From Elusimicrobiota bacterium (GTDB taxonomy: Bacteria > Elusimicrobiota > Elusimicrobia > UBA1565): a DNA stretch of 64,000 nucleotides. Each line of letters begins with the position of its first letter. Positions within the stretch are counted from its first letter, which is position 1. Where the stretch lies: positions 1 to 64,000 of the forward strand of contig JBDRPD010000060.1 in assembly GCA_043827405.1 (NCBI GenBank). The letters are read 5' to 3'. The position numbers and the translations under genes are program-made. Shown here one piece after another: positions 38,237 to 45,855 of this stretch. Under the pieces are notes generated by a model that ran no database searches, was not told the origin of the DNA, and saw only the letters and a program-made list of their open reading frames with translations.

Positions 38237-38713
38237 TTACGGGCCGAAGAAGAAGCCGGCGACCGCGCCGAGCACGCCGCCGATAGCAGCGCCTACCGGT
38301 CCGCCGAGAAGAAAGCCCAGACCGGCCCCGGCCAGAGCGCCGCCGGCCGCCCACCATAATCTCTTACCGCTCTTCTGCGTCTTGAGCTTATTATCCTTGG
38401 TCAGCGGATTGGGCGGTTCCTTAATGTTGCCCTTGTCGGGATCCCCGATAAAGAGGTCCGCCGTTGGGGTCTCCTGCGTACCCTTCACGGGCACAGATAC
38501 CAGCGGCGGCGACACCAAGGTACTGCCCTTGAGCCCCGCGGTATCCCAGCCTTCTCCTGACCGGCCACGAGCCTGGCTGTCGTCGGCCGCACGGGCTCCA
38601 TACCAGCTTTGGTCGGCGATACGCTGCAGATCGCTGCGCAGATTCGCCGTGGAGGCATGTCCCCATACAGCCGCTACGATAAGAATGAGCGCCGCGTGTT
38701 TCAACGCTTTCAT
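38237..38713 (-). CDS. Secreted/membrane protein with C-terminal glycine zipper
   Basis: Signal peptide; GGALAGAGLGFLLGGPVGAAIGGVLGAVAGFFFGP. Confidence 0.75.
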   Translation of the reverse strand: MKALKHAALILIVAAVWGHASTANLRSDLQRIADQSWYGARAADDSQARGRSGEGWDTAGLKGSTLVSPPLVSVPVKGTQETPTADLFIGDPDKGNIKEPPNPLTKDNKLKTQKSGKRLWWAAGGALAGAGLGFLLGGPVGAAIGGVLGAVAGFFFGP

Positions 38714-38835
38714 TACAAAAATTATACCGGGAGACCACCGAATGGATGGGGGACCATGGACCTAAAAAACCGGCGTAATCCGGCCTATGCGCAAAGGGCC
38801 GGAGGTCCCGCGCAGAAACATCTATTTTTTAAGGG

Positions 38836-38880
38836 AAAATTAAGAGGGCACCAGAGCTTTCCTCTTTAGCTCTCGTGCCC
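38836..38880 (-). terminator. Terminator of candidate RNA B
   Basis: Minus strand GGGCAC-g-AGAGCT-N9-AGCTCT-g-GTGCCC-TCTTAATTTT. Confidence 0.65.
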
Positions 38881-38975
38881 CCAGTACGGCGAACGACCGC
38901 GACGTACGATGAACAGTCACCGACGGGTACAAACCTCCCGCCGGGCCCTCGGCGGGTACGTCGAACGACAACGAA

Positions 38976-39116
38976 ACGAACGGCCACGCACGGCCACAAC
39001 CCGGCAAAGGCCACAAACGACCACGACCTGGCAACGGCCACGAACGGCCACAACCACGACCCGGCAACGACCACGAACGGCCACGACCCGGCAACAACCA
39101 CGAACAGCCACGACCC
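38976..39116. repeat. About five tandem 27-33 bp repeats built from 10-nt subunits
   Basis: GGCAA anchors at 39003, 39030, 39063, 39090; consensus ggcaacggccacgaacggccacgaccc. Confidence 0.9.
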
Positions 39117-39155
39117 ACGACGGAGACGACGAAGAACACGACGACCTACGGTGTT

Positions 39156-39183
39156 AGTATAAGCCGGTAACAGGATATGTCAA
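39156..39183 (-). promoter_or_regulatory. Near-consensus sigma70 promoter facing the repeat region
   Basis: Minus strand TTGACA (39183-39178)-N16-TATACT (39161-39156). Confidence 0.75.
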
Positions 39184-39197
39184 GGCCCAAAAACGAC

Positions 39198-39917
39198 TCA
39201 TTTCAGCCGCCAAACCGTATGCCATTGCGGGATGAGCCGAGCATGCTTGAGCCGCGCGCGTGCCTGAACGAGAAACTTGACGGCACGCTCCGGCTCGACG
39301 GGCAGACAGCGCTTTCCGGGAAATCTTGCGCTGACAACAGGCGTCGCCGGCTGCAAAACCAGCGGCATGGACGGCGCATTCGCCTCCATTAAGCGAATCA
39401 CCTTCAGCCATTCCGCGTCTGTCGTGCTCCGCGTCAGCACGACCTTGGCGAAGGCGCGCCGACCGGCCGCGCGCAGGAATTCCGCATGCGCTTTCCACAG
39501 GCTTTTACCGACGGCGGAGGGCAGCTTCAAGTCGACCGCGATCATGTCGAGCCACGGCAGCAGCCTCCGCAAAACGCCGACATGCACGCCGTTGGTCTCC
39601 AAGTAGTTCTTGAGCCCAAGCCGCCGCACCCGCGGCAAAACGGAATGGAGAAAATCCCCGCAGCGCAGCGGCTCCCCGCCCGTCCAGGCGACCGCCGCAT
39701 GCCGCCGCCGGCGATTATGGTCCTCCAGCACCGCGCACAGGCGCCGTGCGTCCCATTCTTCGCCGGAGTCCGCCGGCAGCGCCTTTGCCTCATCGCAGTA
39801 GTCGCAGCGCAGACCGCAGCCGCCGAAGCGAACAAATATCTGCCGCTCGCCAAGCCGCAATCCCTCGCCTTGCAGCGATGAAAATATCTCGCAGATCCGG
39901 GCGTGATCGCGCCTCAT
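39198..39917 (-). CDS. queE: 7-carboxy-7-deazaguanine synthase
   Basis: EIFSSLQGEG, FVRFGGCGLRCDYCD, TGGEP, LETNG, IPQWH; ATGA overlap with queC. Confidence 0.9.
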   Translation of the reverse strand: MRRDHARICEIFSSLQGEGLRLGERQIFVRFGGCGLRCDYCDEAKALPADSGEEWDARRLCAVLEDHNRRRRHAAVAWTGGEPLRCGDFLHSVLPRVRRLGLKNYLETNGVHVGVLRRLLPWLDMIAVDLKLPSAVGKSLWKAHAEFLRAAGRRAFAKVVLTRSTTDAEWLKVIRLMEANAPSMPLVLQPATPVVSARFPGKRCLPVEPERAVKFLVQARARLKHARLIPQWHTVWRLK

Positions 39918-40642
39918 CGCGCCGGGTCCAGCGCGCCGGCTTTCTCGAAGCCCTTCACGCGCAGCTTGCAGGAATCGCAGCGGCCGCATGGCCGTCGACC
40001 TCCGCGGTAGCATGACCAGGTGAGCTCCAGCGGCACCCGAAGCCTAAGCGCCAAACGGACGATGGCGGCCTTATCCTTGTGAATGAGAGGCGTCGCAATG
40101 CGAATACGTTTGCCCTGCGCGCCGCGCCGCGTACCCGTCCGCGCCACGCTTTGAAAAGCTTGGTAAAACGCCGGCCGGCAGTCCGGGTAGCCGCTGTAGT
40201 CGAGGCTATTGGCGCCGACCACGACCATCTCCGCGCCCACGGCATCGGCGAGCGACAAGCCCAACGCCGTGAAGACGGCATTGCGGCCCGGGACATAGGT
40301 CGCGGGAATGCCGCCGCGCCCGATGCGCGACAGCGGGACATCGGGCAGCGGCCGCCGCGTATCGGTAAGCATATTGCCGCGCAGCCAAGGCAGACGCAGA
40401 CGCAGCGTCGTAAACCGCGCGCCGGCCGCCGTCGCGACGCGGCGAGCGGAACGCAGCTCGCGGCTGTGCCGCTGCCCATAGTCGACCGCCAGGGCCTCCA
40501 GACGGCAGCCCCGCTCCTTCGCCCAATAAAGGCAGGTCGCGGAATCCAGGCCGCCCGAAAGAAGGACCACGGCGCGCTTGCCTTTCTCCTTTCGCGCCGC
40601 CCCCGAGGGGATAAGCGCTGAGGGGGCGGCACGGCGGCTCAC
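39914..40642 (-). CDS. queC: 7-cyano-7-deazaguanine synthase
   Basis: SGGLDS, YGQRH, TYVPGRN, YPDCR, SCY...CGRCDSC. Confidence 0.95.
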   Translation of the reverse strand: MSRRAAPSALIPSGAARKEKGKRAVVLLSGGLDSATCLYWAKERGCRLEALAVDYGQRHSRELRSARRVATAAGARFTTLRLRLPWLRGNMLTDTRRPLPDVPLSRIGRGGIPATYVPGRNAVFTALGLSLADAVGAEMVVVGANSLDYSGYPDCRPAFYQAFQSVARTGTRRGAQGKRIRIATPLIHKDKAAIVRLALRLRVPLELTWSCYRGGRRPCGRCDSCKLRVKGFEKAGALDPAR

Positions 40643-41082
40643 CGCAGAACCTCGATCAATAAAGCGCATGTTATTTTCTGCGCCCCCGGTTGGGACGACT
40701 CCCGCGGCCCGGCGACATTGAGCACCGCCGGCCGCTCCCGCTCCAGAAAGGTTCGGACTTTCTGCGCGGCCTGCGCCTCCCGCGGATCAACGACGCAGAA
40801 AGGCCGGCCGTGACGCTTGGCTAATTCCAGCGTCAGCAGGGTACCGCCCGAGGGCTCGCCGGCGGAGAGGATTAGAGTGGCGTCGGCGTCCACGACATTG
40901 CGCTCCGTGCGTTCCGGATACTGCGCGGATACGCCTTCCGTGACCGGATAACGCTCCGGCACGCGCCCATCCTCGGCGCGACGCCCGCGCGGCACGGTTC
41001 CGCCGCAGGACAAACCCAACTCCAGCGCCGCATCCAAAGCCCCGCGATCCACGCCGGTCTGCGCGCCGGAGATAATCTTCAT
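40639..41082 (-). CDS. SLOG-family putative molybdenum carrier (cpYpsA-like) protein
   Basis: KIISGAQTGVDRGALD, RTERNV-x-DADATL, GGT, LNVAGPRES. Confidence 0.85.
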   Translation of the reverse strand: MKIISGAQTGVDRGALDAALELGLSCGGTVPRGRRAEDGRVPERYPVTEGVSAQYPERTERNVVDADATLILSAGEPSGGTLLTLELAKRHGRPFCVVDPREAQAAQKVRTFLERERPAVLNVAGPRESSQPGAQKITCALLIEVLR

Positions 41083-41098
41083 GGAGGGCCTCCGCCGA

Positions 41099-41488
41099 TC
41101 AGGCGCCGGGATCCCGGGCAACGGCGTCGATCTCGACCAGCGCATCCTTCGGCAGCGCGCTGACCTCCACCGCGGCGCGCGCCGGCGCAGGCGCGGGAAA
41201 CGCCGACGCGTATACCTCGTTCATCCGGGCGAACTCTCCCAAATCCCGCATATAAACCGTAGTCTTGACGACATCCCCCATCCCGGCGCCGGCGGCGCGC
41301 AGCACGGCCTCGATATTGCGCAGGACCTGCCGCGTCTGCTCCGGCACGCCGCCGTCGACCATTTGCCCCGTCTCCGGCGCCAGCGGGAGCTGCCCGGAAA
41401 GGAATATCCAGCCGCCGGCGCGCACCGCCTGCGAATACGGCCCGATCGCCGCCGGTGCGTCCTGGGTCTCAATCATATCCTTGGCCAT
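41099..41488 (-). CDS. ridA: RidA/YjgF enamine-imine deaminase
   Basis: APAAIGPYSQA, SGQ, VVKTTV, NEVY, PAR, LP...VEI. Confidence 0.93.
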   Translation of the reverse strand: MAKDMIETQDAPAAIGPYSQAVRAGGWIFLSGQLPLAPETGQMVDGGVPEQTRQVLRNIEAVLRAAGAGMGDVVKTTVYMRDLGEFARMNEVYASAFPAPAPARAAVEVSALPKDALVEIDAVARDPGA

Positions 41489-42888
41489 CACAGCTCCCCC
41501 CATTCGTCGACGTCCGCGTTCTCGGCGTCACGGTAAAAACGCGCGGTGCAGATTCCTTTCAGCCCCTGGACGACCGCGAACAGCACTCCCGTCAGAACAG
41601 CCCACGACCATAGACCGCAGCCAAACAGCACGACCGCCAGCGGCGCCGTCCATTGAACCGGCTGACCCCGGGCAATCAGCGAACAGAAAAAAGCCAGGAC
41701 CGGCGCCGCGCATAAAAGCGCGAAGCGCAGATCAAACACTCCCAATCCCAAATGCGTGCGTTCCGCTTGCGCCGTCCCCAGCAAGTCGACGCTTCTCCTC
41801 AATGCCGGCACTACGCCCATATCCTCACAGGCCATGACGCTGGCAGCGAGATAGCCGCTGCGGAAAACTCCGCTCTCGAAGATGCGCTGAAACAGGCCCC
41901 CGGCTCGCCCCGCCCTGCCGCGCCGCAGGATGAGCCGGTAGACAAGACCCAGCGGCAGGAGCGCCGCGAACACAACAAACCATAACGCTATGACGCCCGG
42001 CACGAACGGCAGGCAAGCCGCCGCCGCATTGGCCTCCGGACGCCGCGCCAATGCCGCGGCGAGAAGCGCTCCCGGCAGGAAGGAACAGATGCCCACCACG
42101 AAGTAGGCTTTCACCCAGCCGCCGGAGACGTCGTAGAGCGGGCGGCCGAGCGTCAACGCGAGAATATCAAAGCCGTAGCCCGCGATGACCGCCGCACAGC
42201 ACAGCCACACAAACACGGTGACGGAAAAAAACAGTTTATGCCGCAGCAAAACTTCCCACGCGGCGCGCGCCCGCGCGCCCGCGCCGCCCTGCAGGTCAAA
42301 AACCGGCAGTCCCAGGACCGCCCAAGCCGTCACGACCGCCGGCAGGATTAAGAGCCATAGCCAGCGCGCCGTTCGTGCGAGGCGCCCGAAGAGCTTCGTT
42401 CGCGCCATTTTCACTCCGGAGGGCGGCGACGGAGGGCGGCTCGCCGGATTATGCTGTCGCTGCAAAGAGCGCTTGAGCGTCTCCGCCCCCTCCTTCACCG
42501 CCGGACTCGGCGCGAGAATGCCTCTTGCGGCCAAAGCATCCAGCCGGGCGAGCAGCTGATCAGGGACATCGCGCTGCCCCCAGGAGAAATAATCCGCCAG
42601 CGCGCGCATGGCGGGCGCCCGCACCCCGCCGTTCTCTTCCTCCTGGGCAACCGCGATCAAAGCGTCCAGCGCCGCGCCGTCGTCATGCTCGTTAAGCCGC
42701 ACGCCCAGGGCATGCACGATCCAGAAGCGCTGATCCGAATCCCGCGTCCGGCTGTAGAGCTCGGCGAGCTTCGCGGAAGCCGCGACCGATGGGTCGTCCT
42801 CCAGGCGGCGCAGCCCGTCAGCGCGCGCCGCGGGAACAGCGCTCAGCCAGAAGCCCAGGCCGAACAGCAGAAAGACGAGTCGGCTCAC
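41488..42888 (-). CDS. Hypothetical membrane protein (helical HEAT-like N-terminus, multi-TM C-terminus)
   Basis: Signal peptide; coupled by overlaps to rho and ridA. Confidence 0.7.
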   Translation of the reverse strand: MSRLVFLLFGLGFWLSAVPAARADGLRRLEDDPSVAASAKLAELYSRTRDSDQRFWIVHALGVRLNEHDDGAALDALIAVAQEEENGGVRAPAMRALADYFSWGQRDVPDQLLARLDALAARGILAPSPAVKEGAETLKRSLQRQHNPASRPPSPPSGVKMARTKLFGRLARTARWLWLLILPAVVTAWAVLGLPVFDLQGGAGARARAAWEVLLRHKLFFSVTVFVWLCCAAVIAGYGFDILALTLGRPLYDVSGGWVKAYFVVGICSFLPGALLAAALARRPEANAAAACLPFVPGVIALWFVVFAALLPLGLVYRLILRRGRAGRAGGLFQRIFESGVFRSGYLAASVMACEDMGVVPALRRSVDLLGTAQAERTHLGLGVFDLRFALLCAAPVLAFFCSLIARGQPVQWTAPLAVVLFGCGLWSWAVLTGVLFAVVQGLKGICTARFYRDAENADVDEWGEL

Positions 42889-44033
42889 ATCCCCCCTTGA
42901 ATCGCGTCCAACAGCAGCTCGTTAGTTGAGTATTTCCGCACCATCTCCACCACCACCTTGGTGGCTTCCAGGTCTGAAAGGCTCGCAAGTTTGCGCCGCA
43001 GCTTCCATACGCCGTCGAGCGTCTTCTCCGGCAGGAGCAGTTCTTCCCTGCGCGTTCCGGAACTTTTGACGTGTATCGCAGGAAACACCCGCTGCTCCGC
43101 CGCCGGCCGCGAGAGCACCAGCTCCATATTGCCGGTCCCTTTAAACTCCTGAAAGATCACTTCATCCATGCGGCTGTTGGTATCGATAAGGATCGTGGCC
43201 ATAATCGTAATCGATCCCCCCTCCTCCAGCTTGCGCGCACAGCCGAAAAAGCGCCGGGGCAGCTCCATCGCGCGCGAATCCAAACCGCCGGACAGCGTGC
43301 GCGTGCCTCCCGTCGCGGTATTATGCGCCCGCGCCAGACGCGTAAGCGAATCCAGCACAATAAGGACATCAACCCCGGCGACGGACTGTTCGACCGCCAG
43401 CTGATATACTTTATCCGCGGTGCTGATATGGGATTCGAAACCCTGGTCGCTTGAGGACGCGTGCACTTCGGCCTGGACCGCGCGACGGAAGTCGGTGACC
43501 TCTTCCGGCCGCTCATCGACCAGCAGGCAGTAGACTTTCATCTTCGGCTCGGCGCCGGTGACGGCGTTGCATATCTCTTTGAGGATCGTCGTCTTGCCGG
43601 CCTTGGGCGGCGATACGATCAATCCGCGCTGCCCCTTGCCCACCGGGGAGAGCAGATCCACCACCCTCATCGCCGCAGACGTCGGGCCGTTTTCCATGCG
43701 AATCCACTCAAACGGCGCGACCGGCGTCCTATCCAAAAACTGCTTCTCTGCCTCCGTGCGCTTCAGCGGCGCGATCTGCCGGTCGCCGCGGCCTTGGCCG
43801 CCGCGCCGCGGATATCCGCCGCGCCCGCCGTACCCGCCGCGCCCGCCCGAGCCACCGCGCCCGCCGGAACCACCGCGCCCGCCCTGGCCGCCATGTCCGC
43901 CCTGACCGCCTGGACCGCCGCGCTCCCGCTGTCCTCCGCCGCCTTGTCCGGAAAGTGATCCCTGGTCGTTATTTCCGTGGGCCGGTCCTCGGGAACCCGA
44001 GCGGCGCCGACGGCGCCTTGGTTTATTTCTCAT
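42885..44033 (-). CDS. rho: Atypical transcription termination factor Rho (ATPase domain plus RGG-rich N-terminus)
   Basis: [55 protein letters not shown]. Confidence 0.92.
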   Translation of the reverse strand: MRNKPRRRRRRSGSRGPAHGNNDQGSLSGQGGGGQRERGGPGGQGGHGGQGGRGGSGGRGGSGGRGGYGGRGGYPRRGGQGRGDRQIAPLKRTEAEKQFLDRTPVAPFEWIRMENGPTSAAMRVVDLLSPVGKGQRGLIVSPPKAGKTTILKEICNAVTGAEPKMKVYCLLVDERPEEVTDFRRAVQAEVHASSSDQGFESHISTADKVYQLAVEQSVAGVDVLIVLDSLTRLARAHNTATGGTRTLSGGLDSRAMELPRRFFGCARKLEEGGSITIMATILIDTNSRMDEVIFQEFKGTGNMELVLSRPAAEQRVFPAIHVKSSGTRREELLLPEKTLDGVWKLRRKLASLSDLEATKVVVEMVRKYSTNELLLDAIQGGM

Positions 44034-44034
44034 A

Positions 44035-45855
44035 TTACTCTCCTGTTAGCGTCCACTTCGGACGTCTCCAACTCCGTCTAAAATCCTCGAGCGTGGAAGC
44101 GGCCGCCTCTTGCCTGCCGTCCATCTTGTCGTAAAACAGTATCCAATCCAACTGCTGATTTTTCGTGCCGAAATCGGAATCGTACTTTCGCGCCAGCGCA
44201 TTGGAGGAAAAAGACCAGCGCCCGTTTATGTCGGACAAGGGAAAAACGAGCCCTTTCGCCCCGCGACCGGAATAGTACGCCGTATAGACCAGCTCGGCGC
44301 CGGAAACGGCCGCAGCGGACTCTACATCGTACTGAAAATCATATGGCTTGCGCAGGAGCGGCAGCGCCCTCGCCAGCGCCTCTCCCTTAACGTCGGTGCC
44401 GGCCCTCGGCCGCAGGACCGCGAACGCATCCGCAGCGGCGAAGCGCGCGAGCGTTTCCAGGCGGACTCCGTCCTCATCGGCGTGCAACACGGAAAGAGGA
44501 TCCGGCGGGGGCGCCTTCTTCTCGACTATCACCGGCTCGGTACTCTCCGCTATTTTCCACGGATTTAAATTACTGAACAGCTTCCCCGCCTGTTTCCGCC
44601 AACTGCGCAGCCGCTGGGGAGCTTCCGGCGCGGGGCCCGCCGCCTGCGCATAGGCTTTCTCCACTTCTTCACGCGTGCGCTTGGAGTGGAAAAAAGCGGC
44701 CTGCTGTTGGCGCGTTCCGACGTATATCCCGGCATGATGCCAGTAGCCGGCCAGCCCGATCTCCCCGAGGAATCTGTCCCGCCGAACGAGCAGTATATCC
44801 CCGGGCTGCAGGAGTGGCTCCATCTCCCGCACCTGGGATTGCGTGATCCAGACCTCCGGGCGGGCCTGCGTCGACGCGTCAACCCGAAACCAATGCCGCA
44901 GCGTATCCACCGCGTACGCCGCCCGCGTACTAATCGTCGCTGTCGACCAATCCGGCTGCGGCGGCAAAAACGGCAGCCGCTCGGGATTCGGCGCATCGAA
45001 TTCCGCCGTCCAGGCGCGGGCGATGGAGCGAACGGGGAAAAAATCGCGGCGCTCGCTGCGGCGCAGCATATCCAGAGCGCGTTGGCGCGAATGCGGGCGG
45101 AAGCTCCCGGATATCGGCAGTTGACGCAGATCGCTGCTGCGCAGCCGCGCCCATTCACCGCGGCTGGAGCCCAAGACCATTTCCAAAGCCTGCGATTTAC
45201 CCACCTGTACGTAGTAGGAATGCATTGCGGAGAGCTCGGAGCGGAAGCTTGCCCCCCGGAAGCGCTGCTCGACGGCGCTGTAGCCGCCCGCGCGCACCCC
45301 CAAAGACGGAATCTCCTCATCAAAAAGACGCACCAACGCGGAATCATTCGCGCACAAGGCGCTCCATTCACGGCTAAAGCGCGCCTGGGCCAAAAAGGCG
45401 GCGTATGCTACCAGAAAAGCGACCCGCTGGGTACGCGGTTCCGACAACGCATGGAACTCGCGGTAGCGGTCGGACAACGCATCCAGCGCCAGCATATAGT
45501 CGACTCCCCGATGCCAGCTGTTAAGCGCCGTGTCGCGATATTCCTCGTACAATACCCCCCCCTCCCTCGGCTGCGGGGGAAAGATCTGCGGTCGTCCCCG
45601 GGCGAAGCGCAGCGTGTCGAGCAGGCCTTCACGCCAGCGGTCCACGGCGATTAAGTCATCCTCCACCCGATCCCAAAACCGTACCTCCAGCGGGTGCAGC
45701 TCCTTGACGCTGCTGGCGCGCGAACCCGCCGCAGCATCGGCGTCCGACGCCCCCTGCCAGGAAACCCCCTCAGGGATGCCGAGATCATTCGTTTCCTGCC
45801 GCGCGTAGGCGGCGGGTAAAGCGAAGATTCCGAGCATGATCAGGAGCTTTCCCAC
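44035..45855 (-). CDS. YiiX/YaeF-like permuted papain-fold (NlpC/P60) protein
   Basis: LQPGDILL, GYWHHAGIYVG, KPYDF, ELVY. Confidence 0.75.
   Translation of the reverse strand: MGKLLIMLGIFALPAAYARQETNDLGIPEGVSWQGASDADAAAGSRASSVKELHPLEVRFWDRVEDDLIAVDRWREGLLDTLRFARGRPQIFPPQPREGGVLYEEYRDTALNSWHRGVDYMLALDALSDRYREFHALSEPRTQRVAFLVAYAAFLAQARFSREWSALCANDSALVRLFDEEIPSLGVRAGGYSAVEQRFRGASFRSELSAMHSYYVQVGKSQALEMVLGSSRGEWARLRSSDLRQLPISGSFRPHSRQRALDMLRRSERRDFFPVRSIARAWTAEFDAPNPERLPFLPPQPDWSTATISTRAAYAVDTLRHWFRVDASTQARPEVWITQSQVREMEPLLQPGDILLVRRDRFLGEIGLAGYWHHAGIYVGTRQQQAAFFHSKRTREEVEKAYAQAAGPAPEAPQRLRSWRKQAGKLFSNLNPWKIAESTEPVIVEKKAPPPDPLSVLHADEDGVRLETLARFAAADAFAVLRPRAGTDVKGEALARALPLLRKPYDFQYDVESAAAVSGAELVYTAYYSGRGAKGLVFPLSDINGRWSFSSNALARKYDSDFGTKNQQLDWILFYDKMDGRQEAAASTLEDFRRSWRRPKWTLTGE

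Larger units (their letters stand above)
38836..39149 (-). ncRNA. Candidate GU-rich repeat RNA B (~310 nt)
   Basis: Bounded by a near-consensus promoter and a terminator hairpin; nearly A-free repeat 5' part; structured 3' part; no SD or ATG ORF. Confidence 0.6.

Noticed and set aside
38854..38864. GAGGAAAGCTC (minus strand) resembling the RNase P GAGGAAAGUCC motif
   Set aside because: It lies in the terminal hairpin; no other RNase P conserved regions are present.
38976..39116. CRISPR array
   Set aside because: Repeats are contiguous and degenerate, with no unique spacers and no cas genes in the window.
38829..39162. Five short ORFs over the repeat tract (e.g. 38875-39162 +, 38840-39139 -)
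   Set aside because: The plus strand lacks T and the minus strand lacks A, so stops cannot occur; no ATG or SD support. Not fully excluded, because repeat units are multiples of 3.
39914..40642. Anti-phage QueC (QatC, CBASS type IV or Dpd island)
   Set aside because: Canonical QueC next to canonical QueE; no cyclase, TatD, ATPase or dpdA neighbours.
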